Below are positions 20,414 to 29,902 of a stretch of 64,000 nucleotides of DNA, piece by piece. Position numbers and translations under genes: made by a program. The stretch comes from an uncultured Acidobacteriota bacterium (lineage in GTDB: Bacteria; Acidobacteriota; UBA6911; RPQK01; JAPXNP01): contig CAVZRV010000008.1 of the NCBI GenBank assembly GCA_963777605.1, positions 160,001 through 224,000 on the forward strand, in the 5' to 3' direction. Under the pieces are notes generated by a model. The model saw only the letters and a program-made list of their open reading frames with translations, searched no databases and had not been told where the DNA came from. Each line of letters starts with the position of its first letter. Position 1 is the stretch's first letter.

Positions 20414-21517
20414 TCATTTGTCCCTGACCCCGGACCCGCCGTCATCGCCGTTTCCAGGGAGCAGCGCTGCGATCTTCCGGACATAGGCCGAAACCGGGAA
20501 CCCTTTGCTTCCTGGCACTCCCCAGTGAAATGACGCCGGGATCTTCTTGCCTTCCGGTTCGGCAACGACAGGTAGGAACCGGAGTCTCCTGAACGTGACC
20601 GAATGCCGGATCTCCTTGAGAACTCGACCGGGGCGGATCTCGATTCCGTGCTGCGAACGGACAGCAGCGGTCAGGTCATTGTCACGGAGTTTCCCTTCCA
20701 CCTTGGGAAATTCCCAGAACCCCTTCAGATAAGGGCCGTCATCGTTTCGCGTCAGAAGGAACCGGTCGCCCCGGTTGATGACCACGGAAGTGTACTCCTC
20801 AATCACCGTCCGGCTCCCCCGGGAGGGTCGCGGAACCTCCTTCTCGATACCGGCGGCACGCGCCAGGCAGGCTGCTTCGAGAGGACAGACACCGCATTCG
20901 GGGTTTCTCGGCGTGCAGACGAGGGCACCGAGTTCCATCAGACCCTGGTTGAACTCGGACACCCGTTCGGCAACAGGAGGCCGGGTGACAATTGACCCCA
21001 GGGTATTCCACAGGTTCTTCGCCGGCAGGCCCTCGCGAGCTGCAAAGTAACGCGACATCACTCGCCGAACGTTGCCGTCCACAACGGGATGGGCTTGCCC
21101 AAAAGCGATCGAAAGGATCGCTCCGGCAGAGTAACGGCCGATCCCGGGCAGCCGGAGCAGTTCATCAATTCCATCGGGGAAGACAGCGTTGTGCCGATCT
21201 CGAACCTCTTGGGCGCAGCGGTGCAAATTGCGGGCCCGGCTGTAGTACCCGAGGCCCGACCAGAGATCGAGAACCTCTCCCTCTTCCGCTCCGGCCAGAT
21301 CTTCCAGTCGGGGATAGGCGGCGAGAAAAGCATCGTAATAAGGGAGAGCAGTCTTGACCTGGGTCTGCTGGAGCATGATCTCCGAGATCCACACCCGGTA
21401 CGGTACGGGATTGCGGCGCCAAGGCAGATCCCGCTGATTGATCCGAAACCAGTCACTGATCTTGAGTGCCCACTGAACCGGGTCTTCGGGGAATCGATCG
21501 AACAGCGAGTCACTCAC
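20414..21517 (-). CDS. mutY: A/G-specific adenine glycosylase
   Basis: RDLPWR, WISEIMLQQTQV, WSGLGYYSRARN, HhH LPGIGRYSA, VDGNV, Fe-S motif CTPRNPECGVCPLEAAC. Confidence 0.96.
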   Translation of the reverse strand: MSDSLFDRFPEDPVQWALKISDWFRINQRDLPWRRNPVPYRVWISEIMLQQTQVKTALPYYDAFLAAYPRLEDLAGAEEGEVLDLWSGLGYYSRARNLHRCAQEVRDRHNAVFPDGIDELLRLPGIGRYSAGAILSIAFGQAHPVVDGNVRRVMSRYFAAREGLPAKNLWNTLGSIVTRPPVAERVSEFNQGLMELGALVCTPRNPECGVCPLEAACLARAAGIEKEVPRPSRGSRTVIEEYTSVVINRGDRFLLTRNDDGPYLKGFWEFPKVEGKLRDNDLTAAVRSQHGIEIRPGRVLKEIRHSVTFRRLRFLPVVAEPEGKKIPASFHWGVPGSKGFPVSAYVRKIAALLPGNGDDGGSGVRDK

Positions 21518-21703
21518 GAAGAGGATTATCGCAGGTTATTGCACCCACGTCGGCCGAGGTGACCTGGGAAAGATATCCGGGAACTTTCTTTGCGCCGTAT
21601 CCGCCCCGGGCCGCAGTGGCACCGCTGACCCGACTTTTGAAGTCGCGGGAGGCTGTATCATAGAGTCGATTCAGCCGAGATTCCGTGAAAGGTTTGTGTA
21701 CTC

Positions 21704-22612
21704 ATGGTTAGAATTCTTAAAACCCGATCCGAACTTCCGGAAATCGTCGAACAGATTACGGAAACCTATCGGGCTGATGAACTGCCCATCCATCACCTGG
21801 GTGAGACCGCGCTGCCGAGCGAACAGGCCATCATCCACATTCTCGAAAAGCTGCGTTCGGTCATCTACCCGGGATTCTTCGGGAAGGAATACGTGAGCCA
21901 GAACAGCGTGGGCTACTACATTGGCGAACTGGTTTACGAGATCCACGAAGTCCTTAGCGACGAGATTTTCAAGGCATGGCAGAGCTGCGCCGACGAGTCG
22001 GGCGAGGAAGCCTGTCACCAGAAGGCCCAGCAGGCGTCGCTTACGTTCCTCAGGAGCATTCCCCGGCTGAGACGGCTACTGGCGCTGGATGCCCAGGCGG
22101 CTTACGACGGTGACCCGGCGGCCAAGAGCATCGACGAGGTGGTGTTCAGCTACCCGGGAATGATGGCCATCACCATTCATCGGATCGCCCACGAGCTGTA
22201 CCAGCTGAAGACGCCACTCATTCCCCGGATGATGAGCGAATACGCACACCGCAAGACCGGCATTGACATCCACCCGGGCGCCCAGATCGGCGAACGGTTC
22301 TTCATCGACCACGGAACCGGTGTCGTAATTGGAGAAACGACCAGTATTGGGGACAATGTTTCCCTCTACCAGGGAGTCACTCTCGGGGCTCTGAGCTTCA
22401 AGGACGGTGCGGAAGCCATGCGCGACCGAAAGCGTCATCCCACCATTCAGGCCAACGTCGTGATTTACGCCGGAGCCACGATCCTGGGCGGCGACACGGT
22501 CATCGGAAGCGGTTCGGTGATCGGTGGAAATGTCTGGGTTATCAACTCAGTCCCTCCCGGGACGAAGGTGATGCTGGAGCTTCCCAAGCTAAAGATTCAG
22601 ATCAACAAGTAA
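21704..22612 (+). CDS. cysE: Serine O-acetyltransferase
   Basis: [39 protein letters not shown]. Confidence 0.93.
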   Translation: MVRILKTRSELPEIVEQITETYRADELPIHHLGETALPSEQAIIHILEKLRSVIYPGFFGKEYVSQNSVGYYIGELVYEIHEVLSDEIFKAWQSCADESGEEACHQKAQQASLTFLRSIPRLRRLLALDAQAAYDGDPAAKSIDEVVFSYPGMMAITIHRIAHELYQLKTPLIPRMMSEYAHRKTGIDIHPGAQIGERFFIDHGTGVVIGETTSIGDNVSLYQGVTLGALSFKDGAEAMRDRKRHPTIQANVVIYAGATILGGDTVIGSGSVIGGNVWVINSVPPGTKVMLELPKLKIQINK

Positions 22613-22634
22613 CCTGCGGCAGGGCAAACCCGGC

Positions 22635-23705
22635 ATGAACCGTTGCATCTTCCATGTCGACATGGACGCGTTCTATGCTTCGGTCGAACAGCGGGACAAT
22701 CCCGGGTACCGCGGGCGCCCCGTGGTCGTTGGCGCCGATCCCCGGGACGGTCGCGGGAGAGGCGTGGTCGCCGCCTGTTCCTACGAAGCCAGGAAGTTCG
22801 GTATCCATTCGGCGCTTCCGATCGGCCAGGCATTCCGTCTCTGTCCCGAAGCGGTCTTCGTACGGCCGGACATGTCCAAGTACAAAACTGCGAGCCGTCG
22901 GATTCACGATATCTTCCACCAGTTCTCCGATGTCGTTGAGCCCATGAGCATCGATGAAGCGTTCCTCGACATCACTTCCCGGGTGTCCGATGCCGAAGAG
23001 GCTGTGGCGCTCGCCACGGAACTGAAACGGGAGATCAACCAACGGGAACAGCTGACGGCTTCGGTCGGCATCGCTCCCAACAAGTTTATTGCCAAGATCG
23101 CGTCGGACATGAAAAAGCCCAACGGGCTGGTTCTGGTTCGGGAAGTCGAAGTTAACGAGTTTCTCGATCCCTTGCCGATCGGGAGACTTTGGGGAGTAGG
23201 TCCGAAAACCGAGGAGAAGCTGCGCGCTCTCGGGCTGGACCGAGTCAGCCAGCTCCGCCAAGTGGAACAGGCGGTTCTCGAAGCGCGGTTCGGACGGCTG
23301 GGCAGCCACTTGTGGAGACTCTCCAACGGGATTGACGAACGTCCCGTCGAAAGCTCCCGCGAAGCCAAGTCGATCAGCCAGGAGCGTACCTTCCTCGAGG
23401 ACACCAGCGACCGGATCCTGCTGGCCGAGACCCTGAAAAGGCTCTCGGACAAGGTCGGGGTGCGCCTGCGGAAGGCGGGCCTGACGGCCCGGACGGTCAC
23501 TCTAAAAATGCGCTACTCGGACTTCACGACACTGACCCGGCAGGTTCGCCTCCGAGACACTACCGATACCAGCGCCGAAATCTTCCAGATCGCCCTGCGC
23601 CTGTTCGAGCGGGAGTGGCAGGCATCCCGGAGGATTCGCCTCATCGGAGTCGGGGTCAGCGCCCTCGAGAAGCGCCCACGATGCGTACAGCTGAGGCTTT
23701 TCTGA
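22635..23705 (+). CDS. dinB: DNA polymerase IV (Y family)
   Basis: HVDMDAFYASVE, SYEARKFG, SIDEAFLD, C-terminal clamp-binding QLRLF. Confidence 0.96.
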   Translation: MNRCIFHVDMDAFYASVEQRDNPGYRGRPVVVGADPRDGRGRGVVAACSYEARKFGIHSALPIGQAFRLCPEAVFVRPDMSKYKTASRRIHDIFHQFSDVVEPMSIDEAFLDITSRVSDAEEAVALATELKREINQREQLTASVGIAPNKFIAKIASDMKKPNGLVLVREVEVNEFLDPLPIGRLWGVGPKTEEKLRALGLDRVSQLRQVEQAVLEARFGRLGSHLWRLSNGIDERPVESSREAKSISQERTFLEDTSDRILLAETLKRLSDKVGVRLRKAGLTARTVTLKMRYSDFTTLTRQVRLRDTTDTSAEIFQIALRLFEREWQASRRIRLIGVGVSALEKRPRCVQLRLF

Positions 23706-23779
23706 CTTGAAACTTCATTTGGGATGAGTTCCCGGTTCCTGGTTTCTCGTTTCTGGAGGGAAAGTAATCCAGGCATCCC

Positions 23780-24011
23780 TGCCTGTTATGGCGGCCGGGC
23801 AGCTTGCCCGGCGGAAGTGAACCTTCTCAATCCAGGAATCTTGATTCCCGGTTTGTTCTGAAACAGGACTGAATCGTACTTTCAGTGCCTGTAATGCGGT
23901 CTCGGCTTCCATTCCCGGGGCGTTGCCGCCGGGCTGAAAATGACCCTGCGCGCGCTCATCTGGCGATGCTTCACCAGTTTCACTCTTTGAATGGTCCGGC
24001 GCCGCCGGGGC
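23780..24011. repeat. Dispersed hairpin-rich REP/MITE-like element, copy 1
   Basis: Colinear high similarity to 54001-54250, e.g. tatggcggccgggcagcttgcccggcggaagtgaac, ttcccggggcgttgccgccgggctg, cgcgctcatctggcgatgcttcaccagtttca. Confidence 0.9.
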
Positions 24012-24133
24012 GGGGCTAACCTGAAACTTCATTCTTGGAAGACCAGGATGAATTGGATTCGCCTGGACGGATATTCGGGCGATCGGTGGTACCCAGAAGC
24101 CATGGCTTTCGGCTGGATCCTGGATACTCCGAT

Positions 24134-24280
24134 TTCTGAACGCGAGTGTCAGCGAGCGCGGATCCGGACGATGGTGAGTCACCGGAAGTGCTGCCGGAGG
24201 CAGGAACCGCGGGATGGAATCAAGATCCGGGATGGGCGCTGGATGAAAGTCTGGTGTCGCGCTCTCACTCGCGTTCGGAA
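24134..24280. repeat. REPIN-like inverted repeat pair
   Basis: ttctgaacgcgagtgtcagcgagcgcg (24134-24160) versus cgcgctctcactcgcgttcggaa (24258-24280). Confidence 0.65.
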
Positions 24281-24343
24281 CACCGGCCGAGTGCCTGGCC
24301 CAGTTTCACTCTCTAAATGCTCTGGCGCCGCAAGTGACCGAGC

Positions 24344-24445
24344 GATGCAGGTTTTGCACGGAGTTCTGCGCAAGTGCAAACGCTGCGTCAAACCACTCGC
24401 CTGAACGCGTTTCTCCAGGGTTTTGAACGTGGCATGTTGTTTGCG
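24344..24445 (+). promoter_or_regulatory. Sigma-54 promoter with upstream activator palindrome
   Basis: TGGCATGTTGTTTGCG at 24430-24445; inverted repeat gatgcaggttttgcac-N14-gtgcaaacgctgcgtc at 24344-24389. Confidence 0.7.
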
Positions 24446-24484
24446 CAGGATTCCTCCGTTGCCAGCGAAAAGGGGGGAGATGTA

Positions 24485-25299
24485 ATGAGTTCCAAATTCA
24501 GCTTCAAATCTTTTACGACGTTCATCCTGGCCTGGACTTTTGTGGTTCTGATCCTCTCGGGAGTGATGCTTTTTGTGTCTCCACCGGGTCGAGTGGCTCA
24601 CTGGAGCAACTGGACTCTCGGCGCCTTGACAAAAGAGGGGTGGCAGGAGGTGCATGTTCTGATGGCGATCGTGTTCCTCGTCGGGGGGCTGTTCCACCTG
24701 CTCAAGTTCAACTGGAAGGTATTTACCCACTACCTGAAGCTGGCGTGCCACCGGCACGCACCATCGAAAGGAAGCCTGCTCTCGCTGGGACTTTTGTTGT
24801 TGTCCTCGGCGGGACCCTGTACGGACTTCCGCCGTTCTCATGGGTCACAAACTGGGGAGAGACGGTAAAGTCATCCTGGGAGGAGCCGGGTCTTGCCCCA
24901 CCGGCCCCCCATTTCGAACTCGAGAACCTTGGAACGGCGGCACAGTCGCTTGGGTTGGAACTCCGAGGCGCGAACACTCTTACAGAATCGAAATCTGGTT
25001 GTTGAGACTCCGGCTCAAAGTCTCAAGTCATCGGAGATTCCGACGGGATCTGACCGCAGGATATTTACAGAGAGCTGATCTCCGGATCGGGCAAACGGCC
25101 GCCACAGGCGCTCAACGCCCCCGGTCTGGGGCGAAGATCCCTAAATCAGGTGGCCGCCCAAATGGGAGTCCCCGTCGATACGCTGATCGCACGACTTGCC
25201 GGCTGGGGTGTCGTTGCCACTCCGGAACCGACAATGAAAGATGTCGCGGACGGAATGGACATTTCTCCCCACGACTTGCTGACGCTACTCCAGCAGTAG
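24485..25299 (+). pseudogene. DUF4405-domain membrane protein with multiple frameshifts (pseudogene or sequencing indels)
   Basis: SGVMLFVSPPGRVAHWSNW..LTKEGWQEVH..LFHLLKFNWK, then continues in other frames (LPPFSWV..GETVKSSW..PPAPHFE; LQNRNLVV; TMKDVADGMDISPHDLL*). Confidence 0.75.
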
Positions 25300-26424
25300 A
25301 AGTCCCGGGGTCTCGAGCAGTCGAATGACGTGGTGGATGAACTGGGCTGCCACCAGTCCGTCCACCACCCTGTGGTCCAGGGTTATAGACAGGTTCATCA
25401 TGTCACGAACGACGATTCCGCCGTCCCTGACCACCGGCCGTTTGGCGATCTTGTGAACCCCCAGAATCCCCACTTCGGGGAAGTTGATTACGGGTGTAGC
25501 GGCGAGTCCCCCGAGAGGCCCAAGGCTCGTAACGGTAAAGGTGCCTCCCTTGAGGTCTTCGAGCGCAACCTTTCCCGATCTTGCGGCATCAGTCAACCGC
25601 GTGATCTCGTCGGCGAGTTCGTGAATGGACTTTCCCTCCACTTCTTTCACGACCGGGACGATCAACCCTTCAGACGTAGCGGTGGCGATGCCGATATTGT
25701 GTTTCTTCTGGATCTGGATCTCCCCCTTGTCCTCGTCGAGAATCGCGTTGACCAGGGGGAACCGGCTCAAGCCGGACACCACGGCGATGAGAATCAGGGG
25801 CAGGTAGGTCATCCGGTGATCGGGATGGGACTCCACGTAGCGCTCCCTCAGTCGGACCAGTTCAGTGGCGTCACACTCTTCGATGTAGGTAAAGTGCACG
25901 GCCGATCGCTTGGCCAGGCTGAGGTGGTCTCCGATCTTACGCCTTAAACCCCGGTAGGGAAGCGCTTCGTAATCAGTCTCGACCTCCCGGGCCCCCTTTT
26001 TCGGGGCCTTCAAGCTCTCTGAATGCCGCTCCACATCGTCCGAGGTGATCCGCCCTCCCGGGCCGGTCCCCTCGACCTTGGCCAGTTTTATGCCAACCGA
26101 ACGGGCCAGCTTTCTCACCGCCGGAGTTGCCAGCACCTGATCGCCCGTCTCCGGGCCCGAAGCTGTTTCGGCACTTTCCGCGGCCGCTTCCACCGTAATC
26201 ACCACCAGGGTATCGCCGACTTCGACCGTACCGCCTTCCTCTCCCCGGCACTCCTCAATGCGGCCTGAAACCGGAGAAGGAATCTCGACGGTAGCCTTGT
26301 CAGTCATGATCTCAACCATCGGTTGGTCTTCCTTGACCATCGCGCCAGGCTTAACCAGCCACTGGACGATTTCCCCTTCGACAACGCCTTCGCCTACATC
26401 CGGAAGCTTGAATTCATAGATCAT
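25285..26424 (-). CDS. 2-oxoacid dehydrogenase E2 (dihydrolipoamide acyltransferase)
   Basis: Lipoyl domain MTDKATVEIPSP; E3-binding ATPAVRKLA..GTGPGGRI; catalytic DHRVVDG. Confidence 0.95.
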   Translation of the reverse strand: MIYEFKLPDVGEGVVEGEIVQWLVKPGAMVKEDQPMVEIMTDKATVEIPSPVSGRIEECRGEEGGTVEVGDTLVVITVEAAAESAETASGPETGDQVLATPAVRKLARSVGIKLAKVEGTGPGGRITSDDVERHSESLKAPKKGAREVETDYEALPYRGLRRKIGDHLSLAKRSAVHFTYIEECDATELVRLRERYVESHPDHRMTYLPLILIAVVSGLSRFPLVNAILDEDKGEIQIQKKHNIGIATATSEGLIVPVVKEVEGKSIHELADEITRLTDAARSGKVALEDLKGGTFTVTSLGPLGGLAATPVINFPEVGILGVHKIAKRPVVRDGGIVVRDMMNLSITLDHRVVDGLVAAQFIHHVIRLLETPGLLLLE

Positions 26425-26493
26425 CGCTGCTTCTCCAGCCCGCACTCGGGAACCATTCTTGATTCGGCAGAGGACTCGGTTACCCAGGGGCAT

Positions 26494-27471
26494 CTAGAAG
26501 TTCATTACTTCGCCGATGGCCGCCCGAATTCTCTGATCACCTGGAAGATACTCGTGTTCTAGCACGTATGGAAAGGGCGTGTCGAACCCGGTCACTCGCA
26601 GCACCGGGGCCTGGAGGCTGAGCAGCGCCTTCTCGCCGATGGTCGCGGCCAACTCGGCGCCAAAACCGCAGTTTCGGGGAGCTTCGTGGACGATGACAGC
26701 TCGCCCCGTCTTGCGCACCGATTCCAGCACGGTCTCGACATCGTACGGCACCAGCGTGCGAAGATCGATGACTTCGCAGGAAACGCCCTCGTCCTCGTGC
26801 AGCCGTTCCGCCGTCTCCACCACCACCTGCACCATTGCGCCATACGCGATCAATGTCACGTCGGAGCCACTCAAAACGACCTGCGCTTTGCCCAATTCGA
26901 TGGTGTAGTCGCCTTCCGGGACTTCTCCCCGTGCCGCCCGGTAGATCCGCTTCGGCTCCATGAAGACAACGGGATTGTCATCCCGGATTGAAGCAATCAA
27001 CAGTCCCTTGGCATCGAAAGGATTCGAAGGCACCACGACCTTAACTCCGGGGGTGTGCGCGAAATAGGCTTCCGGGCTCTGAGAATGGTAGTGGCCGCCT
27101 TTGATCCCGCCCCCGTAGGGCATCCGCATCACCAGGGGACAGGAGTACAGCCCACCTGAGCGGTACCGAACCTTGGACCCTTCGTTGATCAACTGGTCGA
27201 TTGCCGGGTAGACGAAGTCGGCGAACTGGATTTCCGGAACGGGGCGCAGTCCGTTCATCGCCATACCGATGGCGACTCCAAGGATTCCTATTTCGGAGAG
27301 AGGAGTGTCAAATGATCGATCACTGCCGAATTCCTCCTGGAGACCCTGGGTTGCTCGAAAGACTCCTCCGAAGTAGCCCACGTCTTCACCAAAGACGATC
27401 ACTGAGGGATCGCGCCGCATTTCGACCCGGAGCGCATCGTTGACAGATTGGAGCAGGTTCAGAATCGGCAT
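26494..27471 (-). CDS. 2-oxoacid dehydrogenase E1 beta (branched-chain/pyruvate type)
   Basis: GEDVG..GGVFRAT, DTPLSE, EIQFADF, HSQSPE. Confidence 0.95.
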   Translation of the reverse strand: MPILNLLQSVNDALRVEMRRDPSVIVFGEDVGYFGGVFRATQGLQEEFGSDRSFDTPLSEIGILGVAIGMAMNGLRPVPEIQFADFVYPAIDQLINEGSKVRYRSGGLYSCPLVMRMPYGGGIKGGHYHSQSPEAYFAHTPGVKVVVPSNPFDAKGLLIASIRDDNPVVFMEPKRIYRAARGEVPEGDYTIELGKAQVVLSGSDVTLIAYGAMVQVVVETAERLHEDEGVSCEVIDLRTLVPYDVETVLESVRKTGRAVIVHEAPRNCGFGAELAATIGEKALLSLQAPVLRVTGFDTPFPYVLEHEYLPGDQRIRAAIGEVMNF

Positions 27472-27483
27472 TGTTGGCCTCGC

Positions 27484-28569
27484 TCAGTCGCTTTCCTGGA
27501 TGGCACGGAGCAGGGAGTCACGCTGTTCCCGAAGGTGCCAGGGAACAGTATCGAAGACGTCCTCAAAGAGAGACTCGATCGGTGGACCGGGCAGTGCCTC
27601 GGCCTTCTCCAGGGTACTCTGGATCTCCTCACGAAGCTCCACCTCCAGTTGTTCGTCCCGGTCCTTGTCCCAGCGCCCGGACTCTGTGAGATAGATCCTT
27701 AGCCGGCTGATTGGGTCCTTCCGAATCCACTCCTCCACTTCCTCGTCATTTCGGTACGCCCTCGGATCGTCCGACGTGGTGTGGGCACCCTGGCGATAGG
27801 TCGTGGCCTCGATGAGCGTTGGCCCCTCCCCACGTCGGGCAAGGTCGGCCGCTTCCAGGGTTGCGGCATAGACCGCGAGAGCGTCGTTACCGTCGACGCA
27901 GACTCCCCGCATCCCGTAGGCTTGTGCCTTGATCGCAATCCCGTCGGACACCGTCTGCTTCGAGACTGGAACGGAGATGGCGTACTGGTTGTTTCGGCAA
28001 AGGAAAATCACCGGTGCCTTGAACACCGCCGCAAAGTTGCACGAGGCATGGAAATCCCCGGTCGAAGTTGCTCCGTCACCAAAATAGGTCAGGGCGACTT
28101 CCGGTTTGCCCTGGATCCGGGCCGCCATGGCGAGTCCAACCGCATGCGGGATCTGTGAGCCTACCGGGCTTGAGACGGTAGTCAACCTGAGTTCCGGCGA
28201 TCCCCAGTGGCAGGGCATCTGTCGCCCTTTCATCTTGTCTTCCACGTTGCCGTAAACCTGGCAGAGGTATTCATAGAGTGGGTAGCCCTTGACGAAGGCA
28301 GCCCCCGCTTCGCGATAACAGGGTACAACCCAGTCCTGGCTCTGAAGCGCCATCGCACTCCCAATAATTGCAGCCTCTTCCCCTATGGAGCCAACGAAAA
28401 AGCCGATCCGGCCCTGCCGCTGCAGCTTGATCATTCGTTCGTCGAGCCTGCGATTGAAGAGCATCAACCGGTACAGCCTGAGTAGGAAATCGTCATCTAC
28501 TGAAGGGATTTCAGCACCAGAGACTACTTTGCCTTCTTCATCAATAATCGAGCGGATTTTCTCCGACAT
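27484..28569 (-). CDS. 2-oxoacid dehydrogenase E1 alpha (probably branched-chain type)
   Basis: LQRQGRIGF, KGRQMPCH, TPP motif GDGATS...NNQYAIS, HTTSDDP. Confidence 0.95.
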   Translation of the reverse strand: MSEKIRSIIDEEGKVVSGAEIPSVDDDFLLRLYRLMLFNRRLDERMIKLQRQGRIGFFVGSIGEEAAIIGSAMALQSQDWVVPCYREAGAAFVKGYPLYEYLCQVYGNVEDKMKGRQMPCHWGSPELRLTTVSSPVGSQIPHAVGLAMAARIQGKPEVALTYFGDGATSTGDFHASCNFAAVFKAPVIFLCRNNQYAISVPVSKQTVSDGIAIKAQAYGMRGVCVDGNDALAVYAATLEAADLARRGEGPTLIEATTYRQGAHTTSDDPRAYRNDEEVEEWIRKDPISRLRIYLTESGRWDKDRDEQLEVELREEIQSTLEKAEALPGPPIESLFEDVFDTVPWHLREQRDSLLRAIQESD

Positions 28570-28664
28570 GGCACGCGATTATAACCTCCGCCCGTCTGAC
28601 CGCTCAACCTGACCCCGTCGGCTGACCCCGCCGGCTTTGAACAGCCGCGTGGTTCCATGTTTGA

Positions 28665-29636
28665 ATGCGGGGAATGAATCAAAATGCTTCACCTTCAGGC
28701 CACCGAATCTCGCGGGGGCGTGTCTGGATCGCCATGGGATCGATTATTGTGGTGTCGGTCATGCTGACCGCGTTCAGCTTTCAGGAGAAGATGTTGGTTG
28801 CGCATCGGGGTGCTTCCGGGTACGCCCCGGAGCACACCGCGGTTGCCTACGAACTGGCGATCAAACAGGGTGCCGACTACGTCGAGCAGGATCTGCAGGT
28901 CACGCGGGACGGAGTCCTGGTCTGCCTGCACGACTCGACTCTCGAGCGAACGACCAATGTCGAAGAGGTCTTCCCTGACCGCTGGACCGAGATCCAGATC
29001 AAAGGCAAAAACCGCCGTGTCTGGTACGTCCGCGACTTCACCCTGGAGGAGATCAAGTCGCTCGATGCCGGATCCTGGTTCGGTCCCAAATTCAAGGGAG
29101 CCCGAGTCCTGACCTTCAGGGAGGCGATCCAATGCGTTGGCGGCCGTGCAGGACTCTACCCCGAAACCAAGGAGCCCGAAACCTACGGCGAATTGGGAAT
29201 CCCAATGGAGAAACGCCTGGTTGACGACCTGGTTGCCGAAGGCCTCGACCCTCGTGACCCCTCCACAAAAGTAATCGTCCAGTCCTTCAGCCGGGAATCA
29301 TTGAAGAGACTCCGAGAGGATTATGGCGTCCGACTGCCGCTGGTCTACCTGGTTTCGGCGGGGGATGTTGAGAAGCTGGACAGTCTCGACAAGCTGCAGG
29401 ATATTGCCGATAGCTTCCAGGGGATCGGACCGGCCAAGGAGTTACTTGTAGAGCAGCCAAAAATTGTGGAATGGGCCCACGAGTCGGGGCTGACCGTTAC
29501 CCCTTACACGTTTCGGGCCCGCAGTCCGGGCGAGGGTTTCAAGGACGTGACCGAGGAAATGAGGTATTTTCTATATCAACTGGGCGTTGACGCCCTCTTT
29601 ACGGATAACCCTGACCTGTTCCCGAGACAACCATGA
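28665..29636 (+). CDS. Glycerophosphodiester phosphodiesterase
   Basis: [36 protein letters not shown]. Confidence 0.93.
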   Translation: MRGMNQNASPSGHRISRGRVWIAMGSIIVVSVMLTAFSFQEKMLVAHRGASGYAPEHTAVAYELAIKQGADYVEQDLQVTRDGVLVCLHDSTLERTTNVEEVFPDRWTEIQIKGKNRRVWYVRDFTLEEIKSLDAGSWFGPKFKGARVLTFREAIQCVGGRAGLYPETKEPETYGELGIPMEKRLVDDLVAEGLDPRDPSTKVIVQSFSRESLKRLREDYGVRLPLVYLVSAGDVEKLDSLDKLQDIADSFQGIGPAKELLVEQPKIVEWAHESGLTVTPYTFRARSPGEGFKDVTEEMRYFLYQLGVDALFTDNPDLFPRQP

Positions 29637-29902
29637 GTAAGAAATCGCGCTGGATGCTCCCCCTGTTTTTCATCCTCTTCGTGGGCTACATCGTTTACTC
29701 GACGATGAGCGGCGAGCAGTTGCGCTGCCGGGTCTGCATGGAGTTTCAGGGGCAAACCGCCTGCCGGACTGCTTCCGGGGCAACCCGACAGGACGCGCTC
29801 AACACCGCGAAGGACAATGCTTGCGCTCAGTTGACGTCGGGGATGGGCAACATCCGCCAGTGCGTTGCCCAGGAGCCGGCCAAAATCGAATGGATCGACT
29901 AA
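29633..29902 (+). CDS. Small Cys-rich membrane-anchored hypothetical protein
   Basis: 89 aa, N-terminal TM, five Cys including CRVC; start overlaps the upstream stop (ATGA). Confidence 0.75.
   Translation: MSKKSRWMLPLFFILFVGYIVYSTMSGEQLRCRVCMEFQGQTACRTASGATRQDALNTAKDNACAQLTSGMGNIRQCVAQEPAKIEWID

Noticed and set aside
23715-24182. Minus-strand ORFs 23715-24182 and 53926-54366 share peptides (APDHS..ETGEASPDERA, ALKVRFSP) and look like paralogues
   Set aside because: The similarity is only the translated DNA repeat; non-triplet indels between the copies and the lack of an RBS argue non-coding
23706-24340. CRISPR array or integron attC cassettes
   Set aside because: Only two imperfect units of about 320 bp, no cas or intI gene, no GTTRRRY cores or cassette ORFs
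25285-28569. Absence of E3 (lpdA) from the 2-oxoacid dehydrogenase operon
   Set aside because: Common; E3 is usually shared and encoded elsewhere
28596-28636. CTGACC repeated three times at about 13-nt spacing between divergent genes
   Set aside because: Short, GC-rich and off helical phase; may be chance
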